Shown: positions 49,766 through 59,365 of the stretch, one piece after another
Numbering within the stretch: the stretch's first letter is position 1
Layout of the letters: the number at the start of each line of letters is the position of its first letter
Assembly (NCBI GenBank): GCA_963708025.1
Contig: CAVPSB010000023.1
Coordinates: forward strand, 32,001-96,000
DNA length: 64,000 nt
From: an uncultured Candidatus Rokubacteria bacterium
GTDB taxonomy: Bacteria > Methylomirabilota > Methylomirabilia > Rokubacteriales > DASRDR01
Direction: 5' to 3'
The notes under the pieces: generated by a model
What the model was told of the DNA's origin: nothing
What the model saw: only the letters and a program-made list of their open reading frames with translations
The model's database searches: none
Position numbers and translations under genes: made by a program

Positions 49766-50333
49766 GGCCGAGGTCGGCCGCATCGCCGAACCGGTCGCCC
49801 GCGCGCTGCTGGGTGCCCGGGTCCGGCCGAACCAGCTCACGGTCCTGGGGCTCTTCTGGTCGGCCGCCTCGGCCGCGGCCTTCGCGTACGACCGCCAGCG
49901 CTGGGGCGGCGTCCTGCTCGCGCTGGCCGGCATCTGCGACATCCTCGACGGCGCGCTGGCCCGCGTCTCGGGCCAGGTCTCGCCCTTCGGCGCTTTTCTC
50001 GACTCGGTGCTCGACCGGTACTCGGACCTGCTGGTCCTGGCCGGCCTGCTCTTCCTCTTCGTGCGGTTCGGCCGCGCAGTGGACGTGGCCGCGACGCTGG
50101 CGGCCCTGGTCGGGACAGTGATGGTCAGCTACATCCGGGCTCGGGCGGAGTCGGTCGGGGTGGAGTGCAAGGTCGGGTTGATGGAGCGGGGCGAGCGTCT
50201 GCTCGTGCTGATCGCGGGCTCGATCTTCGATCTGCTCGTCCCCGCCATCTGGGTCTTGGCCGTGGGCGCCAACGCGACGGCGGCTCACCGGATCTGGCAC
50301 ACGTGGCGCGCGACGCAGGGCATTTATCGGTAG
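49749..50333 (+). CDS. CDP-alcohol phosphatidyltransferase (PgsA/PIPS-like)
   Basis: PNQLT and DILDGALAR..GAFLDSVLDRYSD motifs. Confidence 0.92.
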   Translation: MLGRYKAEVGRIAEPVARALLGARVRPNQLTVLGLFWSAASAAAFAYDRQRWGGVLLALAGICDILDGALARVSGQVSPFGAFLDSVLDRYSDLLVLAGLLFLFVRFGRAVDVAATLAALVGTVMVSYIRARAESVGVECKVGLMERGERLLVLIAGSIFDLLVPAIWVLAVGANATAAHRIWHTWRATQGIYR

Positions 50334-50368
50334 ACGGAATTTGGGCGCCCTCCTGCTAGACTAGAGCC

Positions 50369-52465
50369 ATGCCGCTGGCGGTCGTCCTCGTGGTCCTCCT
50401 GCTCCTGACCGCCTCCCCGGGCGCCGCGCTCGCCGCGCCGCGGGACGCGGACGCCGGTCTCGACCGGTACCGGCAGGGCCATGTCCTCCTGGCCGGCGGC
50501 GACCTGGCGCTCGCCCGGGCGCAGTTCGAGAGCGTGCCGGCCGGCTCGCTCCTCGCCGACTACGGGGCATTCTTCGCCGCCGAGAGCCTGCTGCGCGCCG
50601 GCGACGAAGCCGCGGCGCTCGAGCGCTTCCGCGGGGTCGTCGATCGCTTCCCCGACTCGACCCTGGTGCCCTCGGCGATCCTCGCGCTGGCCGACACGTC
50701 GTTCCGGCTCGGCCGGTGGGCCGACGCCGAGCGCGAGGCGCGCCGCTTCCTCAAGCAGGTGCCGAATCATCCGGAGGCCGGTCGCATCCTGGTCCGGCTG
50801 GCTGAGGCGCGAGCCGCGCAGGGCCAAGTGGTGGAGGCGATCGCGGACCTCCGGCGCCGGTGGGTCGAGGCGCCCGCCTCGCCGTGGGGGGAGGTGGCCC
50901 GGGAGGTCGCGGAGGACCTGGCCACGCTCAACGGGTTGAGCGTGGCGCCGCTCGGCCCCGAGGAGCGGTTCCTCCAGGCCCAGCGCTGGATCGACGCCGG
51001 CGACTTCGCCTCCGCCGCGCGGGGGCTCGAGGAGCTGCTGGCGCAGGGACCCGAGACGGCGATTCGCCACCGCGCGCTGGTTCAGCTCGCGCCGGCCCTC
51101 GGGCGACTGGGGCGGGGGCAGGAGGGGATCGCGCTCCTCGAGGCGACGCTCGCCGAGCCGCCCTCCGCCTGGCGGGCGCCGCTCCTGGCCGAGGTGGCGC
51201 GCCTGTACCGGCGGACCGGACAGACCGCGGCTGCGGTACCGGCGCTCGAGCGGCTCGTCGCCGAGCATCCGGATTCCCCGCTGGTCCCGGACACCTGGCT
51301 CGCGCTCGCGCGCGCGCGGCTCGAGCTGGGTCAGGCCGAGGCGGCGCGGTCGGCGTTCCAGACCCTCATCAAGGCCTTCCCGGACAACCCGGCAGCGGCC
51401 TCCGCCCAGTGGGAGCTCGGGTGGCACCACTACCGGGCCGGCCGGTTCCGCGACGCCGCGCTCACCTTCCGGCAGCTCTCGGCGGCCGGGTCCTCGTTCC
51501 GGCTGGCGGGCCTCTACTGGGCGGCGCGGGCAACGGACGCGGCGGGGGACAAGTCGGCGGCCGGCGCGCTCTATCGCGAGATCGTCAGCCGCGCTCCGCA
51601 GACCTACTACGGGATCGTGGCCGCGGGGCGGGTCCGGGGTCCGGCCCCGGCACCGGTCGCGGCACCGATCACCCTCGCCGTCGACCCGATCGCGCCCCTT
51701 GAGCCCGATCGCCACTTCCAGAAGGGCCGGGCACTCTGGCGCCTGGGCTTCGAGGGGCACGCCCTGGTCGAGCTGGAGGCCGTCGGCCGGGAGTCGCCCG
51801 CCAACGCCGACCGCGCGTGGAGTCTCGGCGTCGCCTTCGCCCAGATCGGCGAGGCGGGCCGCAGCCTGCGCTACCTGCGGCGAGCGTTCGGCGGCGCGGC
51901 CGAGGCGGGGGCGCCGGGGCTCACCGACCAGTTCTGGCGGCTCTTCTACCCGTTCGGCCACCCCGAGGTCGTCCGCGAAGCGGCCCGCCGCGCCGGACTC
52001 GACCCGTTCTTCGTGGCCGCGGTCATCCGGGAGGAGTCGTCGTACGACACAAGGGCCCGCTCCTGGGTGGGGGCCATCGGGCTGATGCAGCTCATGCCGG
52101 AGACGGCACGGGTCGTCGCCGCCGACGCCGGCGTTCGCCTCGTCGAGCCGGCCGGGCTCTGGGAGCCGCCGATCAACATCACGCTCGGCGCCCACTACCT
52201 CGCCCAGCTCCGGACCCGGTTCCGCGAGCCGCTCCTCGCCGTCGCCAGTTACAACGCCGGGCCCCACCGCGTCCAGAAGTGGCTCGCCGAGCGCCGCACG
52301 GCCGACCTCGAGGAGTTCGTCAACCAGATTCCCTTCGACGAGACGCGGGGCTTCGTCAAGCGCGTGTTCGCGAGCTGGCACCACTATCGACGCCTGTACG
52401 CGAACCCCCCCGAGCGCACGCCGCGGCGCGGCGAGGCGGAAGCCACCCCCCGCGCCTCTCGCTGA
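50369..52465 (+). CDS. slt: Soluble lytic transglycosylase with TPR repeats
   Basis: Signal peptide, TPRs, IREES, GAIGLMQLMP, SYNAGP and IPFDETRGFV. Confidence 0.9.
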   Translation: MPLAVVLVVLLLLTASPGAALAAPRDADAGLDRYRQGHVLLAGGDLALARAQFESVPAGSLLADYGAFFAAESLLRAGDEAAALERFRGVVDRFPDSTLVPSAILALADTSFRLGRWADAEREARRFLKQVPNHPEAGRILVRLAEARAAQGQVVEAIADLRRRWVEAPASPWGEVAREVAEDLATLNGLSVAPLGPEERFLQAQRWIDAGDFASAARGLEELLAQGPETAIRHRALVQLAPALGRLGRGQEGIALLEATLAEPPSAWRAPLLAEVARLYRRTGQTAAAVPALERLVAEHPDSPLVPDTWLALARARLELGQAEAARSAFQTLIKAFPDNPAAASAQWELGWHHYRAGRFRDAALTFRQLSAAGSSFRLAGLYWAARATDAAGDKSAAGALYREIVSRAPQTYYGIVAAGRVRGPAPAPVAAPITLAVDPIAPLEPDRHFQKGRALWRLGFEGHALVELEAVGRESPANADRAWSLGVAFAQIGEAGRSLRYLRRAFGGAAEAGAPGLTDQFWRLFYPFGHPEVVREAARRAGLDPFFVAAVIREESSYDTRARSWVGAIGLMQLMPETARVVAADAGVRLVEPAGLWEPPINITLGAHYLAQLRTRFREPLLAVASYNAGPHRVQKWLAERRTADLEEFVNQIPFDETRGFVKRVFASWHHYRRLYANPPERTPRRGEAEATPRASR

Positions 52466-52540
52466 GCGGCCGGCAACCAGTCGCCGGTGATGCGGAAGCG
52501 ACGGGAAGGCCGGAGGGGGGGCCCGAGCTGCCGGAGGGAC

Positions 52541-52588
52541 GCGGCGTCCCGAGGGCCGCAGGCCCGAGGCGCCGTGGCGATCCGGATG
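52541..52588 (+). repeat. Family D hairpin, copy 2
   Basis: GCGGCGTCCCGAGGGCCGCAGGCCCGAGGCGCCG..CGGATG; matches 32466-32513. Confidence 0.7.
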
Positions 52589-52642
52589 GAGCGCGCAGCT
52601 CCCCCCCGGCCCGACTGAGCGGCCGGTGGCGTTGCCCGGCGC

Positions 52643-53101
52643 ATGGCGGTCCCGGTGGTCATCGACGGCTACAACCTGCTCTACGCGCGCGGGGAAGCGC
52701 CGTCGGCGGCCGGCCGGGAGCGGCTGGTCCGCGACCTGGTGCGCTGGGCCGAGCGCCGCGGCCGGCGCGCGGTCCTGGTGTTCGACGCCTGGGCCCAGGG
52801 CGCGCGGGTCGAGCACGAGGAGGCGCGGGGTCCGGTGACGGTGTGCTTCACGCGGTACGGCGAGCGGGCCGACGCGTGGATCGTCCGTCGGGTGGCGGAG
52901 AGGCCGGAGGCCGTGGTCGTCACCTCGGACCGGGCCGTCGGCCAGGCGGCCCGGCGCCGGGGGGCGGCCGTCATCGGCGCCGAGGCTTTCCTCGCTCGAC
53001 TGGAGGCGGCGCTGAGGCCGGACGCCGAGGACGAGAGCGCGGAGCCGGCACCGCCCGGACGCCGCCTGGGACGCCAGGCGAGCTGGCTGCGCGGCCTGTG
53101 A
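52643..53101 (+). CDS. NYN-domain (YacP/Rae1-like) ribonuclease
   Basis: IDGYNL, LVFD, ADAWI and VVTSD motifs. Confidence 0.85.
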   Translation: MAVPVVIDGYNLLYARGEAPSAAGRERLVRDLVRWAERRGRRAVLVFDAWAQGARVEHEEARGPVTVCFTRYGERADAWIVRRVAERPEAVVVTSDRAVGQAARRRGAAVIGAEAFLARLEAALRPDAEDESAEPAPPGRRLGRQASWLRGL

Positions 53102-53124
53102 GGGTGCGCGCGGGGTGGATGTGA

Positions 53125-53263
53125 GAGCGTGCGAACGAATTTGTCCTCCGACTCCCCCCTCCCCCCGGTGGGTGGGGGAGGGGGGTTGGGGGGGTGGGCG
53201 GGAGGTCCCGAACTGAAGCAATCGATTCCGGCGGCTTCCGGGTGGGTGGGAGGTCTCGAGCTG
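53125..53263 (+). repeat. Family B repeat plus a second 3' end at the protease 5' end
   Basis: GAGCGTGCGAACGAAT..GGGCGGGAGGTCCCGAACTG, then GGGTGGGAGGTCTCGAGCTG; both CTG are in frame with the gene. Confidence 0.8.
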
Positions 53264-54265
53264 ACCGCGGCGCTCGCCCTCGTCGTCGGGCTCGCGCTGG
53301 CGCCGGCGGGGGCGGCCGCGCCGCGGGTCTCGACCCCGCGCCTCGACCCCAGCACCGCCCAGGACGTCCCGACCGCGGTCGCCCGGGTCAGCCCGGCCGT
53401 GGTGGCGATCCGGGCCCAGGTCCCGCCCGACCGGCCCTCGGCGTCCACCCTCGGTCCCGATCGGGCGGGCTCGGGTGTCGTCATCGACGCCGACGGTCTC
53501 GTGCTCACCGTCGGCTACCTCGTCCTCGAGGCGACCTCCGTCGAGGTGACGCTGGCTGATGGGCGGAGGCTGGCGGCGCGCGTGGTCGGGCACGACTTCG
53601 AGAGCGGGCTCGGCCTCCTTCGCCTGCCGGCGGGCGGCCAGTATCGGGCCGCCGTCCTGGGGCGCTCCGATCCGGTGGCGCCCGGCCAGCCAGTCTCGGT
53701 GGTGGGCATGGACGAGGACCGCCGGCCGCTCGGCATCCCGGCCACGGTCACGGGAGCCCGGCGCTTCGTCGCCTACTGGGAGTACATGCTGGAGCGCGCC
53801 CTCTTCGTGGCGCCGCGCCACCCGGCCTTCGGCGGGGCCGCGCTCGTGGATCCGGACGGCGCCCTGCTGGGCATCGTGTCGCTGCGCCTGGAGCGCGAGA
53901 ACCTCGCGATCCCCATCGACCTCTTCCCGCCGGTCCGCGAGGCTTTGCTGGCCCAGGGACGTCCGTCCCGGCCGCCGCGGCCGTGGCTCGGGGTGCGGGC
54001 GGTGGCGGTGGACGGCGGCGTCGCGATCGCCGGGGCGTCACCCACCGGTCCGGCGCACGCCGCCGGGCTCAAAGACGGGGACGTCATCGTCCGCGTGAAC
54101 GGTGACCGGGTCGCCGACCTCGAGGATTTCTACCGCAAGCTCTGGCGCACCCCCGCCGGGAGCCGGATCGAGCTGACGGTCTACCGGAACGGGCGCCTCG
54201 ACACGATCGCGCTGCGCTCGACGGATCGGTACTCCGTCTTCCGGTTCCGCCACCCCGCCCCGTGA
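53129..54265 (+). CDS. HtrA-like (S1C) trypsin+PDZ protein with degenerate catalytic motifs; start uncertain
   Basis: GSGVVID..LVLTVGYLV; HPAFGGAALV; PRPWLGV and GLKDGDVIVRVNG (PDZ). Confidence 0.8.
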   Translation: MRTNLSSDSPLPPVGGGGGLGGWAGGPELKQSIPAASGWVGGLELTAALALVVGLALAPAGAAAPRVSTPRLDPSTAQDVPTAVARVSPAVVAIRAQVPPDRPSASTLGPDRAGSGVVIDADGLVLTVGYLVLEATSVEVTLADGRRLAARVVGHDFESGLGLLRLPAGGQYRAAVLGRSDPVAPGQPVSVVGMDEDRRPLGIPATVTGARRFVAYWEYMLERALFVAPRHPAFGGAALVDPDGALLGIVSLRLERENLAIPIDLFPPVREALLAQGRPSRPPRPWLGVRAVAVDGGVAIAGASPTGPAHAAGLKDGDVIVRVNGDRVADLEDFYRKLWRTPAGSRIELTVYRNGRLDTIALRSTDRYSVFRFRHPAP

Positions 54266-55296
54266 CCCGCGTCGAGGCCGGGCCTGCTCAACGGCACCAC
54301 GATCGCGCTCCACTTCGTCGAGGACAAGTTCGCGCGGTGGCCGAGTCATGCCTTCGCCGCGTCGATCTTTGGCCTGGCGACCGCGCAGGGGAGCCACCCG
54401 GGCCGCGCGCTCACCACCAGCCTCGTCCTCCCGCTGGCCGCCGCGGCGGCGACCTGGTGGGCCGGCGGGGCCCTCTTCCGTCGGGTCATCTGGCGCGCCT
54501 CCGAGGGCGTGCTCCTCGCCCGGCCGGAAGGCTCGGCGACGCCGCCCCGCGGCTGGCCGGCCTTCCCCGTGCTCCTGCGCGGCCCGGTGGGCGCCCTCCT
54601 GGAGAAGGAGCTGGTGACGGTGGCCCGGAGTCCGCAGGAGCTGGGGCGCGGCGGGTTCTTCGCCTTCCTGCTGGTCGTCTACACGCTGCTCCTCCTCGGC
54701 GTGCCCGTCCCCGACCGGGCGGGGACCGAGGACGTGACGGCCCAGCTCGTCGCCTTCTCGCTCCTGGCCACCGGGTACTTCCTCACGACGGTGGCGCTGC
54801 GCTTCGTCTTCCCGGCGCTCTCGCTGGAGGGCCGGAGCGCCTGGATCCTCTTCGCGAGCCCGGTGCCCCTGGTTCCGCTCTTCTGGGCGCGCCTGGCTGT
54901 GTACGCGACGCTCGGCTTCCTGGGGCTCGGGGGCATCGCGCTGGCCGGCGGGGTGCGGCTCGGGCTGTCCGCGGCCGGCCTGGCCTGCCTGGCCGGGCTC
55001 CTCGGCCTCATGAGCCTCACCATCATGACCGTGGCGCTCGCCCTCGGCGTCTGCTGGCCTGATTTCCGGGGCCGGAGCGCGGAAACGCTCGCCACGAGCG
55101 CCGACGGGCTCCTCACGAGCGCGCTCTGCCTGGGGTACGTGGCGGCTGCGGCTGGCTCGGCTTGGCCCTCCTGACCGGCGCCCCGCCGTCGCGCCTAGCC
55201 GGGCCGCTGGCCGCGGTGGCGCTCGTGTCGGCGGCGGTCGCGGCCGGACCGCTCTGGCTCGCGCGCCACCGTCGGCCGGGCTTCGAGGTGCGGTAG
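54266..55296 (+). pseudogene. 5'-truncated multi-TM ABC-exporter-type permease, frameshift near 55150
   Basis: Frame is open from 54266 without a start codon. LLEKELVTVARSP and LRFVFPALSLEGRSAWIL..SP motifs; ends FEVR* in the shifted frame. Confidence 0.6.
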
Positions 55297-55304
55297 TGCT
55301 GACG

Positions 55305-57530
55305 ATGCGGTCGCCGTCCACGGCCGAGGTCCGCCACGAGCTCGTCCTGGTGGGCGGCGGCCATGCCCACATCCAGGTCCTCAGCCGCTGGGCCATGGCC
55401 CCGGTGCCCGGTGTCCATCTCACCGTCGTCGTCAACCATCCCATCGCCGTCTATTCCGGCATGGTCCCCGGCTTCGTGGCCGGCCAGTACGAGGCCCAGG
55501 ACCTCGAGATCGACGTGCGACCGCTGGCCATGCGCGCGGGGGCACGCTGCATATCATCCCGGGCCAGCGGTCTCGACACCGGCGACCACCGGCTCCGCCT
55601 CGACGGCCGGCCGCCGGTGGCCTACGACACCATTTCCTTCGATGTGGGATCGACGGTGGCCGGGCGCGACCTGCCCGGCGTGCGCGAGCACGCGCTGGCC
55701 ACCCGTCCTATCGGGGAGTTCGTCTGGCGCGCCGGCGCGCTGGTCGACCGGGCCCGCGGCCGCGATCGCTTCGACGTCGTGGTGGTCGGAGCGGGAGCGG
55801 GCGGCGTCGAGGTGGCCTTCGCTCTCCGGGTGCGGCTGCGGCGCGAGGGTGTCAAGGAGGTGCGGGTGTGGCTGCTCGAATCGGCTCCGCGACTCCTCCC
55901 CGGCTACCCGGCGGCGACGGCGGCGCGCGTGGCCGAGGCGGCCCAGGCGCGCGGCGTGACCCTTCGCCCCGGACAGGCCGTCGAGCGGGTCGAGGCCGAC
56001 GCGGTGGTCCTCGCCGGCGGCGAGCGCCTGTCCTGCGACGCCGTGCTCTGGGTGGCCGGGGGGGCCAGCCTGCCCCTCTTCGCGGGCTCCGGACTCTCAC
56101 TCGACGAGCGCGGCTTCGTCCGCGTCGGCCCGACCCTCCAAGCGATCGGGCACGAGGCCGTCTTCGCCGTCGGCGACTGCGCGGCCTGGGAGGCCGGCCC
56201 GCCGCTGCCCAAGGCCGGCGTCTACGCCGTTCGCCAGGGCCCGGTGCTGGCCGAGAACTTGCGCGCGCGCGTCGGAGGCGGGCGGCTCCGGCCCTACCGT
56301 CCCCAGCGCGACTTCCTCTCGCTCCTGAACCTCTGCGACGGCACCGCCATCGCCACCAAGTGGGGCCTCGCCGCCGAGGGAGCCTGGGCTTTCCGGCTCA
56401 AGGACTGGATCGATCGTCGCTTCATGCGCCGCTTCCAGGTCCTCGACGGTGACGGCGATCTCGCGCCGGACTTCCGTCGCCGGGCGATGCCGATGGCCGA
56501 GATGGTCTGCGGCGGCTGCGCGGCCAAGGTCGGCGAATCGGCGCTCCACCGGGCCCTGGAGCGGCTGGGCGCGGCCAGCGATCCCGCGGTGGTGCTGGGC
56601 CTGACCGTCCCCGACGACGCTGCCGCCGTGGAGACCGAGCGGGGCGAGATCGTCGCGGCCACCATCGACGGCTTCCGGGCCTTCGCCGACGATCCGTACC
56701 TGGTGGGCCGCGTCTCCGCCGTCAACGCCGCCAGCGACCTCTGGGCCAAGGGGGTGACCCCGCGCTTCGCCCTCGCCCAGGTCAACGTCCCCCACGCCGA
56801 TGCCGCCCGCGCCGAAGAGACGCTCTACCAGGTGATGGCCGGCGCCCGCGCCGCCCTCGACGCCGACGGGATCACGCTGGTGGGCGGCCACACCACCACC
56901 GGGCCCGAGCTGACAGTGGGCTTCGCGATTTTCGGCGTCGCCGCCTCGACCGACGCGCTCATCCGTCTGGGCGGGCTCACTCCGGGCGATCGCCTGATCC
57001 TGACCAAGGCCCTGGGGACCGGCGTCCTCCTCCAGGCCGACATGCGGGGGCTGGCGCGGGGTGAATGGATGCAGGCCGTCCACGCCTCGATGCTCCGATC
57101 CAACGCCGTGGCCTCCCGGGTGGCGCGTGCGGTCGGGGCCTCGGCGGCCACCGACGTCACCGGCTTCGGCCTGGCCGGGCACCTGGGCCAGATGCTGCGG
57201 GCGAGCAAGGCCGCGGCCGTCGTCGATCTCGAGGCCCTGCCGCTCTTGCCCGGGGCCGCGTCGCTGCTCGCCCGCGACGTGCGGAGCACCGCCCATCCGG
57301 AGAACGCTCGGACCCGGCGGGCCATCCTGGTGGAGCCCGGGGCCGCGTCACGACCCGAACTCGACATCCTGTTCGATCCGCAGACCTCGGGGGGCCTGCT
57401 CCTCGGGGTGGTCGCCGAGCGCGCCGAGGCCGCGGTGGCCGCGCTCCGCGAGGGTGGCGACCTCGCCGCCGCGGTCATCGGCGAGGTCACCCCGCCGCGC
57501 CTCGACGGCGCGTTGTTCGAGGTGCGGTAG
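55305..57530 (+). CDS. selD: FAD-dependent oxidoreductase fused to selenide, water dikinase
   Basis: LVLVGGGHAH, YSGMVPG and KAGVYAVRQGP in the N-terminal domain; CGGCAAK, DDAA, NAASDL, GGHT, TDVTGFGLAGH and DPQTSGGLL in SelD. Confidence 0.93.
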   Translation: MRSPSTAEVRHELVLVGGGHAHIQVLSRWAMAPVPGVHLTVVVNHPIAVYSGMVPGFVAGQYEAQDLEIDVRPLAMRAGARCISSRASGLDTGDHRLRLDGRPPVAYDTISFDVGSTVAGRDLPGVREHALATRPIGEFVWRAGALVDRARGRDRFDVVVVGAGAGGVEVAFALRVRLRREGVKEVRVWLLESAPRLLPGYPAATAARVAEAAQARGVTLRPGQAVERVEADAVVLAGGERLSCDAVLWVAGGASLPLFAGSGLSLDERGFVRVGPTLQAIGHEAVFAVGDCAAWEAGPPLPKAGVYAVRQGPVLAENLRARVGGGRLRPYRPQRDFLSLLNLCDGTAIATKWGLAAEGAWAFRLKDWIDRRFMRRFQVLDGDGDLAPDFRRRAMPMAEMVCGGCAAKVGESALHRALERLGAASDPAVVLGLTVPDDAAAVETERGEIVAATIDGFRAFADDPYLVGRVSAVNAASDLWAKGVTPRFALAQVNVPHADAARAEETLYQVMAGARAALDADGITLVGGHTTTGPELTVGFAIFGVAASTDALIRLGGLTPGDRLILTKALGTGVLLQADMRGLARGEWMQAVHASMLRSNAVASRVARAVGASAATDVTGFGLAGHLGQMLRASKAAAVVDLEALPLLPGAASLLARDVRSTAHPENARTRRAILVEPGAASRPELDILFDPQTSGGLLLGVVAERAEAAVAALREGGDLAAAVIGEVTPPRLDGALFEVR

Positions 57531-57531
57531 A

Positions 57532-59355
57532 TCAGGCCAGCCAGAGGCGCTTGACGGCGAGGCCGAGGCGGCGCGTGTCCTGGGAGCCAGGGATCACGTC
57601 GCGCGGGACGCGCGGGGCGCCGATTCCGAGGGTGAGGCGCACGCGGCCGGGGCCGGTCGGGATCGGCGCGGAGAGCTCGGCCCACGTGTCGGCGGCCAGG
57701 TCGAAGGCCACCTCGCCGGCCGGGGCGAAGGCGGCGTCGGGCGGCGCGTGCTCCACGACGAGCCGGCCCCCGACCGAACCGAGCTTGGCCTCCCCGCTGT
57801 AGGCGCGGACGAAGACCGCCCGGGCGTCGCCGGGACTGGCCAGATAGGCCACCGCCGCGGGCCCGCTCCAGCGCATCGGGCCGATCGTCCCCCAGTCCTC
57901 CCGGTGGTACCAGCCGGGGCCGAGCTGAGCGTCGTCTCCGGGCCCGACGTCGATCGCGGCCGCCGTTACCCGGTGCGGCACGTACAGGCTCTCCGCCGCG
58001 TGCCACCAGCCGTAGTCGAAGGACTCCTCGGCCTGGCGGTCGGTGGCGGTGCGCGCGATCGCCGCCTCGACCGCCGCCGGCGTGGCCAGCCGCTCGGCCA
58101 GCACCCACTGGCCGCCCACCTGGAGGCCGCCCTCCCGGCCGGTCGCCGCGTCGCGCCACGTCGTCGTCTCCAGGCCGACGCGCACGGCGCCGCGGCCGGC
58201 CAGCGCCGGCGGCACCAGCAGGCGGACGCGCACCGGCCGGAGCGCCGGTCGCAGCTCGAGGGTCATCGTCCGGTGCCCGTCGAGCGTCCAGTGGCTCCAC
58301 GCGGGGGGCGCGTCGTCGGGGACGAGGTGGGCCGCCATCAGGGAGAGCAACACCGGGCCCTCGCCGGGCGGGAGCGGCACCTCGAAGGCGGCCCGGGGGC
58401 CGGTCAGGCGGAACGGGAAGGTCAGCCGCCGCGTGAAGCCCTGGATCGGCTGCTCGTCCTCCTGGAGCGGGCCGAACCCCTCGAGTCCGCGGAGCGCCCC
58501 CCACTCGATCAGGGCGGCGTCGCTGCGGACCGCCCGGGCCATGAGCTGGGCCCGCGTTCGGGGGAACCATCGCCGGAGCTGGCGGGCGGCCCACCGCTCC
58601 AGCCCGGTCACCCGCTGGCCGGTGATGGTCGGGATCTCGTGGTCGTCGTCCAGGCAGTCCGAGTAATGCATCGCCTCCAGCCGGAAGTCGTAGAGGTCCT
58701 TGCCCTGCCGGGCGAGGTAGTAGGCGACCTCGCTGCCCGTGTACTCGCGGTTGTGGCGATGGTAGAGAAGCGAGGGGAAGAGGGCGTAGAACGGCCGGCT
58801 CACCGGGGGCTGGGCGCCCCAGTCGTGAAGGTACCGGAAGAGCGTCTCGGCACGGCGGAGGTTCGGCGTCGTGAGGATCAGGAGCCCTCCGGGCCGAAGG
58901 ACGCGGAAGATCTCCTTGAGCGTGTGGAAGGGGTTCCAGTAGAGGTGCTCGAACAGCTCGCAGAAGAGGACGGCGTCGTAGGCGGCGGTCGGGAGCGGAA
59001 AGGCCTCGCGCTCGACGTCGCAGCCGACGATCTCGATCTTCCGCTCGCGGCAGCGCTCGAGGAACACCTCCCACGGCGCCGCCCCCTCGATGTCGTTGTT
59101 GAGCCCGGTGACCTCCCAGCCCCGCGCCCGGGCCAGGGCCGAGAGGTGGCCCGGGAAGGAGCCGACGTCGAGCAGGCGGCGCCCGTGACCCTCGGGCAGG
59201 AGGCGGAGCGTGTCCCGATAGCGGCGCCGGTGATACTCGAGGTATCCGGCCTCCCAGGGCGCGAGGCTCCCCCGCGCGAAGGCCTCTACCTCGCGGCTGA
59301 TGGATCCGAGGTCGAGGGCCGGGTGCGCGTCCGGCGCCGGCGGCCAGAGGGTCAT
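57532..59355 (-). CDS. Class I SAM methyltransferase with two C-terminal beta-sandwich-like domains
   Basis: LLDVGSFPG, CELFEHL, RVLRPGGLLILTTPN and HNREYT; GWYHRE..RWSG and DTRRLGLAV in the tail. Confidence 0.75.
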   Translation of the reverse strand: MTLWPPAPDAHPALDLGSISREVEAFARGSLAPWEAGYLEYHRRRYRDTLRLLPEGHGRRLLDVGSFPGHLSALARARGWEVTGLNNDIEGAAPWEVFLERCRERKIEIVGCDVEREAFPLPTAAYDAVLFCELFEHLYWNPFHTLKEIFRVLRPGGLLILTTPNLRRAETLFRYLHDWGAQPPVSRPFYALFPSLLYHRHNREYTGSEVAYYLARQGKDLYDFRLEAMHYSDCLDDDHEIPTITGQRVTGLERWAARQLRRWFPRTRAQLMARAVRSDAALIEWGALRGLEGFGPLQEDEQPIQGFTRRLTFPFRLTGPRAAFEVPLPPGEGPVLLSLMAAHLVPDDAPPAWSHWTLDGHRTMTLELRPALRPVRVRLLVPPALAGRGAVRVGLETTTWRDAATGREGGLQVGGQWVLAERLATPAAVEAAIARTATDRQAEESFDYGWWHAAESLYVPHRVTAAAIDVGPGDDAQLGPGWYHREDWGTIGPMRWSGPAAVAYLASPGDARAVFVRAYSGEAKLGSVGGRLVVEHAPPDAAFAPAGEVAFDLAADTWAELSAPIPTGPGRVRLTLGIGAPRVPRDVIPGSQDTRRLGLAVKRLWLA

Positions 59356-59365
59356 GCCGGGTGGG

